Positions 11,501 through 24,453 of a stretch of 64,000 nt of DNA are shown here, piece after piece. Source of the stretch: Phoronis australis (Eukaryota > Animalia > Phoronida); contig NMRA01000257.1 in the NCBI GenBank assembly GCA_002633005.1, forward strand, positions 323,737 through 387,736, given 5' to 3'. Both the position numbers and the translations under genes were made by a program. Position 1 is the stretch's first letter, and every line of letters begins with the position of its first letter. The notes beneath the pieces are model-generated. The model made no database searches, was not told the origin of the DNA, and saw nothing but the letters and a program-made list of their open reading frames with translations.

Positions 11501-14500
11501 GGTCTCAAGCGCCGTCCACCCACAGAGTTACTCCTGGAACAAGTTGTCGCTACGTTTAAGGGCTGTGTGGACACTATTCATACTAGTGCAACTTGCCCCA
11601 CTTGTGACCTGCTCCACTTTATCAAAGTAGAGTATCTTGTTCAAGGGTAACTTGCGTCATTTCTAATTCCTGTGCAGACACAAAACAGGGGCAAGGCGAA
11701 AATAATTATCAGCTGCGGTTACACACAGACGTGTTTTCTTTTGCGCCCTGTATTCACATCAGGTGTTCATTGTCATACAAAGAGCAACAATGTCAGCCTT
11801 ATCCTAGTTATTGGATATGTGTGTGTGGACGCTTCACTTAAAAGTGGGTTAAGTTGCACTAGTGCCATTTGTTCTAGGGTAGGCTGTGTGTGGACAGGAC
11901 TTTAAAGAGGTATTTCCTTGCCGTTTAGCTGTCAGTGTTGAATTCTTAACCAAAGTGCTTGGGGGATTAAAAATATAACCATGCTCATCTGATCTTGAGT
12001 TGTTGCCAAATCACAGGCAACCATGCGCCATTTTTGAATTCCCAATTTGAGCCCTCTGTTGGCCAACCTCAATAAGCTCCAGTTCTTTCTTCAGTCGCTG
12101 ATGGATTTGATGTTCTTGTTGATAACACAAATAGAATTTTTTCTTGGTATTTAAGGAATATAATGAGACTGATAACATAAGAACAAAAGACCTAATTCGA
12201 ATTTTTATTTTTAGCCAGCTTAAAAGATCTAATTTGAATTTTTTTTTTAGCCAGCTAAACGGCTGAAATACAGCTTTGAGTATTCTCGCATTGTGCCATG
12301 TTTGTTTTCAAGAGGCAGTTTCACACTTCATTCACTTTTAATGCGACATTGATAGCTTTCATTTAATATTACACATTAACACGCAAACACACTTGCACGC
12401 AGTATGTTATTTGATTTCACTTGACTTTATGACACACTTGGTGATTTTGTTTAACACTTTAGTTAACACTGGAGTGTGCAATAAGATTATTGTCTAAGGT
12501 CTCTGGGCATAGATTGTGTGTAGTAATTATTTACTGTATGCAGATGAGGATTGGAATGTCTGGTCATTAATGGTGTCTCCCAACTGAAGATGGTGCGCTT
12601 GTCTTCATTGCAACTTTTCACTTAGAATCTATTTATTAATGGATGTGAAATTCATCAGCCACACATTGATTTTGATGTTGTCCATGGCTTCACTCCAATA
12701 TAAAGATTTATCCGAATTTGCAGAGTTTCCACTTTGAGATACTTGGGGAAGGTCGCTGTTTTGATCACCCTTTGTGAAAAATTAGATCGTTACTGCTAAT
12801 TTGTAGACAAACTGTGATTCATTTTCATGCCATTTTGTGTGATAGTATGTTTGAACCTAATTTTCTATGGTGACTAATAAAGGACGTGATGCATTTCTTG
12901 TTCTTTTGGGGAATCGCTTTGAATCCTGCACCATATTGCAAGTGGCAGGAGGTTATGAAACTATAACATTAAAGAAATACATACAGTTTGGTAAATAATA
13001 AAAATAAAATGTCAAATGTTAATCTGGCACCAGTTTTATATGTGACTTCTCTGCCCTATGTAGGTACATGAGAGGAGAGGAGGACAGGTTGTCACCTCAG
13101 CCAACAGAGGGAGATAGAACAGAAGGCACGCACAGTCGCATTGTGTTCTCAAAGTATGTGGATTGTTTATGGATGATGTGTCATTATAAAGACAGTTAAC
13201 AATCATGGATCCATATGTTCACCTTATACACACACCATATTGTTGGCCTTTAGGAAATGTGTGGTTTGTCACCTCACACAGTAGTTGCAGTGGAACTGTC
13301 TCCACCTGGTGGACACTAGAGGAGTACTGTAAACAATTTATGACCGCTGTTTCTGCTTTGTGATTATATGCCTGCAAACCGCCCATTTCCATATTTTGTA
13401 AAGAATTGTTTCAGTTACAATTGTCCAAATTTAATCTCAGAACTGTTCCATCGGTGTGTAAGTCCAGGTTATATGCATAACACTAACAAATGAAATGACT
13501 GAGTATATCCACCATTTCCTTTATCTGACGCCCTCCCATCTTCCTTTCAGCCTTGACAGTGAGGCGGAGAATAAGACATCTAGGGTCAAATCTGCACCCG
13601 GTTCAAGCAAGTCTAGGAAGAAGTCTGCTAAGTTCTCGCGACCGTACACACCACAGCACATCAACATCAATTCACGGTTCTCTGACCACCGGCCAAAATC
13701 GGCTGGATCTAGTGATTTCATAGAGGCGTAAGTCCTTACTCAATTCACCCTGCTCCATATGAAACGGGGAGGTCCAATATTTCTCAGTGATTTAGAGTTG
13801 TTTGTAAAAGTGTGTGCTGAGCTCTTAGTACCACACCCTGTTGAATGTAGTGATTTATTTGTATTATCTTTTGAGATTATGAGACAATGAAATATATCCT
13901 ATAACTCTTTTCTTGAATGTGAACAAAGCTGATGGAAATGAGTATTATTGAATACGTGATAGCCTTTTTGATTTCAGTGAGCCCCTATTTAAGCAACTGT
14001 GTTGTCTTAACTGGTTGTTAGAAGCCATGGAGGTGAACCCACCTGTTGCCATGGGGCCCATCATGGAGTGCTGGAATCTCAAGTGAGTAGAGGAGGGCAT
14101 GTAGAAGGCGCCACCTATAGGACTGTTCAACACTTCCTTTTACTTTATGTAGTATTTAGTACGTATTTGCTTTATGGGAGCAGGGTATTGCGGGTAATTG
14201 ATAAAGGTAGAATTCAATGTTATTTCTATAAAAGTTGCACCGAATTAACTGGAACATGTACTGTACATTAATCGAATGAAGAATTTTATGATATTTGTTT
14301 TATTTCTTTAATTCTTTTGGGTATGATTGTGTTATCCCTATTTGAATTGCGCAATCCAGTAAATGATATGTCGTGTTCAAAGATGCCCCGCGAGGATAGT
14401 GCATTTTCTTGACAGCGTAAATTAATCATTTGATCCAGTTGTGCTTGCAAAATGCACATTCGCATTCTCGAGGACAGTCTTTGTCTGTTCGCACAATGAT

Positions 14501-17500
14501 TGATGGTATGCATGTATTCTACAAAGTGGTTACCGGTTTTGTTCGTAATAATCATTTTGGATTGGCTGAGTGGTACACAAGCACCGGTCATATGGATAAA
14601 CAACATCTGATTAATGGTATCAAAAAGACACAAAACTGACTGATTGAATGTAGTTCAACTTTCACAGTTTTCACTGTGGCATCAGAAAACCGAGTACCTA
14701 AGGGCAATAAACCATTATGTACGACAATAATCGAGCTGTTGACATTTGCTGCAGTGTCTCTACATAATGGACCATCGCGACAGGTTATTTCTTGTCATTT
14801 ATTGCTGGAATTAGCCTGGAAAATGTGTAGGCGGAAATATTGATTATTTCACTGTAATTTGCCATATTGTAGTAACCTTTTGATTGCATCGTTGTAGCAA
14901 TATTGGCGGAAGAAAAACAACACTGAAAAAGTTGCAGAAAGAAAAGGAAAGGATTGACGAGGGAGAAAAATTCTTGAGTAAAGATGTGCCACCTAAGATT
15001 AAAGTGAGTTATAAACAGTGTTTAGTTGTATTATGAAACAGATCCACTTGTTTTCACAAGCCTTTTCTAAAAGTGAACACTCAGATGCTCCTTGTTCACT
15101 GCCTGTTTGTTCAGCATACAATACAATTTGTCATTCTGTGCTGTACTTCATACCTGCTCTGTCCCACTGTGTACGTTTCAAGCTTTTGCTCTGTGGTGTC
15201 TTTCCACTTGATAATGAAACAAGTATGTTTTGAAATGTTGTGTGTATTTTAATCATGTCTCTTGGTCAGTTGCTTTACCAATGTTCTGTTGAGTGTTGAA
15301 CTTTGTTCCGAGGATACGAACGGAATAAAGATTGCTTATAATGACAAGTGTCGTGTATTCAACCAATTTTGCATGCTATCACAATAAAAGTGAACAAATG
15401 TTCATTTTCAATAGCCTGTTCAACATACAATAAAAGTAAACAAATGGTCTATGTTCACTATTTTGGTCAACGTGCAACAAAAATGAACAAATGGTCTATT
15501 TTCACTTGTCTGTGCAACTTTCAGTAAAAGTGAATAAATGGTCTGTGTACAATACGACCTGTATTTGTTGGTATGAATTATTCATATCTTGTGAAATGAT
15601 CAGTTTGCAGCATCATTGCTCAGGGATGAGAAATCATGAGGAATTATTGGGTTTGATGACAAACATTTCAAAAAAAAGTTATGTCAACCATTACTGTGAA
15701 TTATCAAACATTTATAATGTATAACACCATTCATGGGAATTCATAGAGACGGTTGATACGAATTCATTCACGATAAATTGTGAACAACCAAGGTTGCCTG
15801 TGTGCAGAACAACCTATACAGAAAGCAGAAGGACTGTAGATTTGCTAATGGGTTTCCTTACTAAGAAAAACTTTTATTCCTAAAACCAAATGTCTGTTGT
15901 TTAGGGCCGTAAAAGCCAAAAGCCCACTCGGCACTCGCCACAGAGACGTTACTCACGTTCAAAGGTAGTCGGCTTCTCACGAGGCACCAGTTTAGCAGAT
16001 GAGGTAATGTCAGTGGTTGGAGATAATGATGACTCGTCCACAGGGGGCGGGGGCACCAGACCCAGCTCAGGTAACTTGCATTTGCATATACCAATATGAT
16101 CTTAGTATTCAGAGATTAATACTATAAACATTTGTACCACTCACCATTTAAGTCTTTCTCCAGCATGCTGTCTTGGTTACAAAAGATTTTGTAATAGGAA
16201 CACCCATTCTTACCTAATATTCGGAGATGCAATTGTTTACAAAAACTCAGTTTGCTAATGCTGTCTTTTTTATTTGTTTGTGTAGCAATGAGACACTGGC
16301 AAACTGCCTGTAAGTTCAACCTTTATATGATGGAAGGGGCAAATTTAAAAGCTCTTGTATTACCTTTTGTTATTTTTAAAGCTAATTGAATTGAGTTCAT
16401 CTTTCTTTGCTTATGGCTTCAGATAACCTTGTCTGCTGTTTATGCAACAGTTCTTTGTGATTACATGTGATGTATTCTGTTGTTTTACCCGCACACATGA
16501 AGCCAGATTGTGTAACTAGATTTGTAAATAGGGTAAAATTTCTCCAGTTTAGGGTAGTGAAAATTTTTGCTCAATGTGGGAGCTTGTCCCAAATTCTTGA
16601 AATGGGCAATATTGGTCATCCCAAATTCAAGAATCACTGAAAGACCACAAAATTACCCACTCTGTAGATTGAAAACACACTGTCTGAAATTCGAGAAATA
16701 TTGGTAAGGCGAAGTTGCCCTTCTCCCAAAGCTGCAGAATCCAGAGAATTCAATTTTTGCAGAATTTAGTGTCCCAAAACTCTGAGAGACTGTGAGTCCC
16801 CAAATTGGAGATTTTTTTACCATGTGCTGCATGGCTATACACCGTGTTGAACCTGCATTAGTACTACGTTGACCAGTCCAGCTAAAGGGTATTTTTCCTG
16901 ATTAATACAGTTGCCAGTATTGTGGAAGAGTCTAGCCCGTCCAGTATGAATGTGAAGGAGTTGAGTAGTGGTATCTCGGTAATAGAGGAACACGAGGACG
17001 AGGTGGAGAGTGGCGCAGACAAGGCCAGTGAGAATGCTTCAGACAAGTTACCCAAGTTCTCGCAATTTGAGAGTTACTTCAAGGATGTCAAGTAAGTTTC
17101 AGGAAAGTCGAACTTGAAGGTGGAGCAATGAAATTGGCGTTCATAACTGTCATCATTTACTGAGTCAGACATGTTTTTTAGTTTAAAGACGTCACGTCAT
17201 CATGTCTGCATCAGCTGAACATCTACAATTTAACCCAAAAAATGTGCATAGAATTTAATTTCAGACTTTCTACCAGCCTGTCATTAATTTGGTCATGTGA
17301 CCGTCACCATGTCTGTTTTTAGTAAAATTTCGCAAGAATACATTGGTGACAAAATAACAGAATGAGTAACATGATCGAATCTCTGTTCACACACTCAAAA
17401 GCATGTTACAGTTTTCTAAATTCTATTTTGTTCTGCTGTAATTTTATTATTTTTTCACACTATTCATAAAAGTGTTCAGTATAGTTAGGGCCTTGCTTGT

Positions 17501-20500
17501 TTTATCATATTTTTATCAAGTCCTGGAATAATCTCAATTGTATCTTAACAGTTTGAATGCTATCACAAATTTTTCCATGTGGAGAATTTCTTGCTTACAC
17601 TGGTCACCACTCAGATTCCCTTAGCCCCAGACAACTTTTATGATGCCTATTCAACACGCCCTTTGTATTGATGTAGATCTGAGCTAATGAAGTGGAAAGA
17701 TAATAGCTAGCATTACTGTGTCAACAATGCTTATTGTTAGTACCCCAAATTTGGTTTTCTCTGACATTTGCAGAGTTCCAGCCTGCAACTCAGGAGAGTA
17801 GTTTTAACTTGATACATTGTAAATAGTACAAAATGACTAAAAAGGTAAACTTGTGTTTATCTTCACAAAGGGCCACTTCCCAAAGGAACTATATGTTTCA
17901 TATTGGTTTTCGTTATTAATTTTTAATGCTTCTGCCCACTTGCTTTTTTTACGGGGAACGGGTTGATAACTTTTTGTCTACGTTTTAAACTTGAAGTAGC
18001 AAAACACTGGTAGATTTTGATTGCCAGCAAAACTTAATTAGTTAAGTTCATTGTAAGCCCATCCCTGAACTTTCTACATTACAGGTACACTAAACAAGTT
18101 TAATCTTTTAGAACTCAAATCATACAAAAATGCAAATATGGTGACAACCAAACTGAAGACTTGGAATCTCTAGACAATTTTGGTGGCACTCACTATATAA
18201 CTATTCTAGCTCTTTGTCTGTAATAAAAAAATAAAAGTGGGTACAAGTTAAGTACAACTGTTTCCTGGTCAAAATAATGGTTAAAGGAGATTGAAAGAAT
18301 ATTAAAAAACGAATCCATGTGATATTGTTAACTCTGATCAGCGTTTGTATATCCACCAAGTATATCAATACGCGCGGTAGTTTATCTTCAATTGTACCCA
18401 ATGGTTGTAGTTTTTGGATTATTAGTTCATCGATTTTTAAAAATCGAAAACCGTACTTGGTTGTTTTTTCCATTTGAATACCACCGTGGTGTTCATTTTT
18501 AACGAAAATTAGTGGTTAACACATTTTGAAAATTCGCCATTATGTACAGTCAGAGATTTTAATACAGTTTATGGTTGGGTAATTACACTTAATTGGGTCT
18601 TGCTTGCATCGGGCAGTGCGGTCATTACAACTGTACCTGACTCCGGCGCCGCGCTCTCTTTGTTCCTGGTACAAGCCGCTCAGAAGGACGAGCGGTGAAA
18701 ATTCCCGCATATCTTTAGAAATGCGTGACTTCCTTGTAAGCGTATTATTCACGGTATGCAGTCTTTGAAATCAAAGTTTACTGATGGTGGTATCCCTCGC
18801 GGCATTGTAATGTTTGGTTTGGCTTTTCTTTCAGAGTCGATGCTGCTAAACTGGATAAAAACCTCAAAAAGGAATTGCAGAGGGCAAAGGTCACAGTAAG
18901 TACTGAATGAGACACTATTTTGTTCAGTTCATCATTTGGAAAGAACAAGTGAGGAAAGTCTATTCAGTTGGATAAATGCTATATTGCCAAATGAGGGAGT
19001 CGAAAGCCAGGATTTGCACGTATTATTATTTGACGCAAGTCACTTGCTCCTTTCAGAAACAGTTGGATACGTTAATCCATGAGGAAGAGCTACAAGACAA
19101 ACGCGAGCTGCTGGAGAGGAGGACGGGAGAGTTCAAAAACAGTGTGAAGAAACTGCGCGCAGACTTGCATCTGATTAGATCTAAGAGGTGAGCAGGCCAC
19201 GATTGAACTGGACGCACTCGCTTTGTACACGAACACTGACAACTTAACGAGTGAACGTAGAGTGGAGTTAGAAGGCTGCACAATAGTAGATCGTGAACAG
19301 GAGCATTGAGAGTGCTGTTTAAGCAGAATTTTGTGAATGTAACACGTAGGGCGGCATAAAGTAACATTGCTTTAGTTCCTTAATTTCTTTGGTTGTTGTT
19401 AATTTGAACACCAATTTGTGTGATATTTAATAGCATGCTTACTCAATCAGTGTTTGTGTTTCTCTTTACTAAAAGTTTGTCACAAAGGTAATTAATTAGC
19501 TAGAAGATATACTTTGTAATATGAATACTCAGTGACTCAACCATCACGCTTGAAGTAATTACCATTTGTTAATGTGATTTCAATACTCTACTTCACTCCT
19601 GTCCCCCCCTAGTGTTTCACTTTCTTTTGTCTTGACCTCCTTTCAACACACACCATCATTACCCCCCTCCTGCATGACTTTCATTAGTTCAGCATACGTG
19701 TAGTAATCTCCCCTTGATTGGTGACGGTCATATCTTGCCTGTTGCTGAACTAATACTAATGCACACTGCTTGGTCATGATGGTTGAACTGAGTAGACATA
19801 TTTCATTGTATACGGTGAATGTCATTTGTTAGATGTACTGTGTAGCTTTATCATGTTAGATGTACTGTGTAGCTTAGTCAATCCTTTGCCTTCCCTAGGC
19901 CACTTCTTTCACTTGTAACAGAGAAACAAGTTTCGGTGTCCAGGTGCCAAACACATTCATTAGTTGTGTTTTGTCGTCGCGTCCTTGGGATTATGTTGTT
20001 ATTTTTCTTGGTTTGTTGCTGTTGATGTTTATGTCAATGTTCATGCCAGTGTTCACATATGCCAATGTTCATGCCAGTTTTCACATAAAATGTCATTGTT
20101 CATGCCAGTGTTCACATATGTCAATGTTCATGCAAGTGTTCACATGTCAATGTTCATGCAAGGGTTCACTTATGTCAATATTCATGCAAGTGTTCACATA
20201 TGTCAATGTTCGTGCCATTGTTCACATATAAGCGCTTCCCATTTAAAAAGGGACTCTCCCACTTTGTCCCAAACTGAAAGGTAATATTACAATATAGATA
20301 AATATCAACATTTTGTCTTTAAATTTGGTTTGTAATCGATCATTACCCCTCTCGATTACAAACCAAGTTTAAAGACAAGTGATATTACATTTTAGTTTGG
20401 GACAAAGTTGGAAAGTCCCTTTTTAAATGGAAAGCACTTGTATGTGCTTTGTGTGGGGATGTTCTCTGTTGTTCGTGAGTTATATTGTTATGAATCTTGC

Positions 20501-23500
20501 AAACAGCTTAAGTTACTGCACTTTTAAGATATTGCACTAGTTTATGAATAATGAAATTATTTGTCAATGTTCATTCCTTTCCCTATATATTGCACGTCTA
20601 CTTGTAACATGTGGTCTTGGACAAATGTAATGTTTCATGCATATGGCGCAGCTAGAAATGCAAACTTTAAGCAGTTATAACTCATGTTAGTGACAGTGAA
20701 CCGTTGAAGCAATCAACGATCCCGTCTCAGTCCACGTTGTTACAATGCGTGTATAATCAGTGACACTAAACTGCTGTGATGAAAAAATAAACAAAACAAA
20801 AGGTTGTCCTGCAAAACATAAACCTAAACAATAGTGTTCAAAGATGGTGCTGTACCACAGCACAGTGCACCACGGTGCTTTACAGTGTAGAGATTTGAAA
20901 GCTCTGTTGTCGTGATCCATTGAAGTACAAGCGTGCTGTTCTCCACTCCACCTGTTGGAGAACACTTAGTAACATTTCATACGTCTACAAACTGCCACAG
21001 CTATATCTTGTCATAATATGTGCTGATGTGTTGTCTTCCAGCTGTGCGGGTGTGATCGAGTTCCAAAATACTGCTAACAGCAATGCCAAGGCCAACCTAG
21101 CGGCTAACCTGCGACAGATGTTCAGTGAAATTAAAGAAGAAAACGCCTTACTACTGCATGACAAGCTGGAAATAAATGACAGGTCTGGTCTTGTCACATA
21201 TTTTCCACAAAGAAATTGACAAGTCTTCAATTTGCATTTCCTTTTGATAAGCACAAAAAACCAAAATTAAAATGAGGTTTCTTACCAGTTCAAAATAGGT
21301 TTGAAATTTTCCTGACAATGACAAGAGTTTATTTCCATTGTCATGAAGAATATTCAAATCATTTTCCTGTTGCAGTAACCATTGGACTGTACAGTCCTCC
21401 CAAAATTTGGCCTCTTCAATTTAAGTGCAAGTTATCTTTTAACTCCACCTGAATAGTGAAACCGATGCTAACATGGTGGGGAAAATTTTCAGTCGATCTT
21501 AGTTTCTAAAGCTTAATTAGCATATTTTGATATTTCAAGTGGGGATGTTGTGTAGTTTAAAAGGTATACTTTATGATGGGTATAGTGTGAAAATATGTGT
21601 TATATTTTAAGACAGTGATATTGTATGTTGTAGTGTGTAAATAGTTGTTATACTTTAAGACGATGATGTAACATATGAACTGATGTTGAAAAGGAGACTG
21701 GTGATTTTCGCTGACTCAGGAGTATGACCTTTCCAATTTTAAAACACATTTGTTCATTTCTTAGCCTCATCTAAATTTTAATCTTTCGGGTTTACAAAGT
21801 GAAACCTTATGTGTCGATTGTTTTTTATGCATTCCACCTTTTCAATCTCGTGAGTTGCGTTTTTCAGACAAAAACTGCGTCGTTGCAAACAGAAATTCTC
21901 TGCAATGATTACGGAGGGTTTCAGTTTCCACCGAGCAGTTGATAAAATGAGGAGTGTGATTGAGGAAGAGCGGAGGAGACTGGAGATGATGCAGAAGAAA
22001 TCAACAGAAGAGTACGAGGAATGGTGAGCGAAGATACTCAGCAATTGACTATGCATTAGTTTATGCGTATGTCGATAAAAGTTGAATTTTACACGTACAT
22101 AAACTGAAAGCAAGAAGAGCAGTGATAGAGGTTACGTTATTTGCTGCGGACATTTTGAGGATAACTAAGTGTGTTAACGTCCATGCACAGTTTCTGTGCT
22201 GAGGCTCTGTTCGAACATGAATCAAATTCGTCAGTGAGCCGACTGATGTGTAAAGCAACACCTATGTGTTATTTCAGGCTAACAGATATTGAAGACAATG
22301 TCCCTGCTGGGTTGCAAGAATTATGGTACTTCAATGAGATCATAAGAAAACTGCGCTGGTTTGGGCAGGTTGGTATAACTTTGTGTCCAATGTATAATAC
22401 ATCGAAACTCGGATAGAGGGAGAAATTCTTAATTTAGGATCATTGCTTCTATTGTGGACTCTGAAATCACACTGAAAAATGACTTTGTTTCTGATGTAAA
22501 GGAATGAAATGTTTTCCATGCGAAAGCGTTTTCACGAATTAAGACACCAAGTTAGTCAATAAATATAATCTGTTGAAGGTGGAGCACTAATAGTGATAAA
22601 ATGGGGTATAAAAACCACCTTTATTTTCTAGCGGTATATAATTTGAAAAAAATCTAGCTTTTGAGCTTCTTATGCAGGTGTAGGTCTGGTGAGTCAAAAG
22701 ACTATGATGGCTACACAAACTGACATGTGCTAATGACATAAAAGGGAGACTGGAATGAAAGTTATGGGGATGTTATGAAAAGAAGCACTTATCAATAGGG
22801 AGATAGAGACACGTCAGTCATTTTATCTGATTTTCCTTTTGCACATACCTGTCTGTAGTCATCATGGTCTTTCACTCACCTGACCAGGAGCTGCATACAG
22901 GCTCAAAGCTAGTGATTTTATTCTTATACTTCTAGAGAATAAACTTCATTTTCATTTATACCGGATTGATCTTAAGCCGAACACGTTTTTTGTTTGTTTT
23001 AAAGTCATTGGACATAAGCCTAAGTTCAAATAGGTGGTTATTTTTATTAGCATAAATTAAGGAGCTTTTGCAAATTAATAACAAAAGTGGTGGTGGAATG
23101 GAATGTAACTACTTAATTATTTGTATTACTGTTACAAATAGCTACTAATCACTTTGTTACTTGTCAACTAACTCAACTCTTCCGATTTTCGTAGATCAGG
23201 GATGAACACAAGGTCTGGTTGTGGATTTATTTTTTTCATTCCAGTATAGTTGTATACTCACTGTGTGAATTATACGACCTTAGTTAGAGTTTCCAAACAT
23301 TTCTTGAAATGAGTTCTTATAATTGTTTTTGCTTGTATTATTTCGTGTCAGTTGTTACTGTCTGTGGCATTTTGTTTTGTTGGATAAGAAACATACTCGG
23401 TCTTTGTAACAATTTTTTGTGGAGATTGCTGTTCAAAGTTTAACTTACTTTTAAGTAAGTTTAAAAACACTTAGGATGCAGTTTGTTTTAATGGGAAAAG

Positions 23501-24453
23501 CAACCATATCTGATGTTACTTTTTATACATCCATGCTTGTCTTGGACAGACATTTTAAACTTTTTATAACTGTACCTTTGACGCATACGTATTTACTGTC
23601 CATGAAACAAAGAATGACGTAAATGGCGCAGCAAAAGGACTAGTTCTAGGTTCTACATTGGCTTTCATTGTGCAAACATGAATGATCGACATAGACTGTT
23701 CAGTAGTGGGTACTGCATCGTGTTTGCTGAGTGGAGGGGAATACTGAACCAAAATGTGAGCCTTTCACTGGGCCTTACTGGTCACTTTCTATTGTTCTGT
23801 GGATAGTGAACACACATCGGAGGAAAAGCAAATAACATGGAACAACAATGTATCTACAAGATAACCAAAGAATTAAAAGCAGTTTTATCCTTTGATGAAA
23901 AGAAATGTAATATCAGCGAAAGCAGTTTTCTTATTCATCAATTTATGCAAATTTGCCTCAATTTTTTCCTCTACTGACAACTTCATTGATAAGATCATGA
24001 GCTTTTTCTCACAGAGGCCAGTTTATTTCCGAGTTTCCATACTTTAATTCACGCAGCGTTTCACAACAAGAATGAGAGTTTATACCACCAGTCATTCTAT
24101 ATATGATAAGAAAATGTTCCTTAGTATTTAAATTTTTATTGTGAAACGTCAACCCCAAAATAGTGATATTGGCTTGAGTAAATATATGTTATTTATCGTC
24201 ATTTGCTGATACCTGTCATTTACTGTAGGTGGAGAGTGCTAAGCAGTCGAGCACAATAAAGTTCCTGACCGTGCTGGGCAAACTGCGCCCGTGGGAGATC
24301 TGCAGTCCTCATGTCAGTGCTGCCGTTGAGTTCTGCCGCGACAGGATCATTGAGATGCCTATCACGGACTATGAGGAATGGTTCCAGCATGCCTTCCCAC
24401 AAATACAGCGACCCAAGACAGCTCCTCCCTCTGTTGGTGGACGACGTAACTGA
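5207..24453 (+). CDS. CCDC60: Coiled-coil domain-containing protein 60-like; spliced gene, 17 core coding exons, ~767 aa
   Basis: Manually spliced exons all have GT-AG boundaries and consistent phases (2304 nt). KEINTLPKELSRGRNMVRNIRLGHNLF, SRPYTPQH, EPLFKQLCCLNWLLEAM..PIMECWN and LRPWEICSPHVSAAVEFCRDRIIEMPITDYEEW match recalled human CCDC60 blocks (KEIINLKKDL..VKIGRGYF, RRPFTPIH, EPLFRQLCALHWLLEAL, LRIWELCSPDIAVAIEFVREHII) in the same order. Confidence 0.88.
5522..5592 (+). repeat. 11-bp tandem repeat (GTATGTTATTA) x6.4
   Basis: Units start at 5522, 5533, 5544, 5555, 5566, 5577, 5588. Confidence 0.95.
8524..8601 (+). CDS. CCDC60: CCDC60-like coding exon 2
   Basis: ttacag|AGT...ATC|gtaagt; SQRDKEDSPAHSEEEDIGSGQTAKPI. 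Confidence 0.8.
9146..9219 (+). CDS. CCDC60: CCDC60-like coding exon 3
   Basis: ttgcag|ACT...AG|gtatgt; TPAKFVLRRTNKEINTLPKELSRG. Confidence 0.85.
9338..9407 (+). CDS. CCDC60: CCDC60-like coding exon 4
   Basis: ttgtag|A...AAG|gtagga; NMVRNIRLGHNLFEKLQKDHEEK. Confidence 0.85.
10244..10380 (+). CDS. CCDC60: CCDC60-like coding exon 5
   Basis: ttttag|CTG...AT|gtaaga; LTRETREQQAKLERRRTQWQPPSYDSSSEDEEY. Confidence 0.85.
10397..10756. repeat. 24-bp minisatellite, ~15 copies (AGTCAGTGCTGAGTGTGTACACTT)
   Basis: Directly visible; explains the spurious VSAECVHL ORF. Confidence 0.95.
13064..13153 (+). CDS. CCDC60: CCDC60-like coding exon 6
   Basis: atgtag|G...AA|gtatgt; purine-rich 90-nt phase 2-2 exon, YMRGEEDRLSPQPTEGDR. 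Confidence 0.72.
13551..13727 (+). CDS. CCDC60: CCDC60-like coding exon 7
   Basis: tttcag|C...GC|gtaagt; contains SRPYTPQH. Confidence 0.85.
13978..14082 (+). CDS. CCDC60: CCDC60-like coding exon 8
   Basis: tttcag|T...AA|gtgagt; EPLFKQLCCLNWLLEAMEVNPPVAMGPIMECWNL. Confidence 0.9.
14898..15003 (+). CDS. CCDC60: CCDC60-like coding exon 9
   Basis: ttgtag|C...AAA|gtgagt; NIGGRKTTLKKLQKEK, compare human DPGGSKSTIKKINKDK. Confidence 0.85.
15905..16070 (+). CDS. CCDC60: CCDC60-like coding exon 10
   Basis: gtttag|GGC...G|gtaact; open, phase-compatible. Confidence 0.8.
16911..17091 (+). CDS. CCDC60: CCDC60-like coding exon 11
   Basis: atacag|TT...AA|gtaagt; acidic ASIVEESSPSSM...FESYFKDV. Confidence 0.82.
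17576..18759 (+). repeat. ~1.2-kb dispersed repeat in a CCDC60 intron
   Basis: Colinear with 51109-51847 and with 56022-56760 plus 59119-59520. Confidence 0.85.
18835..18895 (+). CDS. CCDC60: CCDC60-like coding exon 12
   Basis: tttcag|A...ACA|gtaagt; VDAAKLDKNLKKELQRAKVT. Confidence 0.8.
19057..19187 (+). CDS. CCDC60: CCDC60-like coding exon 13
   Basis: tttcag|AAA...AG|gtgagc; coiled-coil-like KQLDTLIHEEELQDKRELLERR. Confidence 0.82.
20031..20228. repeat. 28-bp minisatellite, ~7 copies (ATGTCAATGTTCATGCAAGTGTTCACAT)
   Basis: Directly visible. Confidence 0.9.
20229..20440. mobile_element. Near-fully palindromic TA-flanked MITE (Tc1/mariner-like)
   Basis: aagcgcttcccatttaaaaagggactctcccactttgtcccaaact pairs with agtttgggacaaagttggaaagtccctttttaaatggaaagcactt; inner arms also pair. 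Confidence 0.8.
21042..21182 (+). CDS. CCDC60: CCDC60-like coding exon 14
   Basis: ttccag|C...AG|gtctgg; LRQMFSEIKEENALLLHDKLE, compare human MRAKFYSVAQEAGFCLQDKME. Confidence 0.85.
21868..22023 (+). CDS. CCDC60: CCDC60-like coding exon 15
   Basis: tttcag|A...TG|gtgagc; CKQKFSAM...FHRAVDKMR. Confidence 0.85.
22278..22368 (+). CDS. CCDC60: CCDC60-like coding exon 16
   Basis: tttcag|G...CAG|gttggt; WLTDIEDNVPAGL...IIRKLRWFGQ. Confidence 0.85.
22600..22960. mobile_element. Diverged fold-back MITE
   Basis: Arms 22654-22730 (ctagcttttgagc...ggtgagtcaaaagactatgatggctaca) and 22840-22912 (tgtagtcatcatggtctttcactcacc...gctcaaagctag) are imperfect inverted repeats. Confidence 0.65.
24229..24453 (+). 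CDS. CCDC60: CCDC60-like terminal coding exon
   Basis: ctgtag|GTG...TGA; LRPWEICSPHVSAAVEFCRDRIIEMP. Confidence 0.9.
   Translation: MESAKQSSTIKFLTVLGKLRPWEICSPHVSAAVEFCRDRIIEMPITDYEEWFQHAFPQIQRPKTAPPSVGGRRN

Noticed and set aside
19944-20284. Overlapping 95-106 aa ORFs
   Set aside because: Produced by the 28-bp minisatellite in a CCDC60 intron
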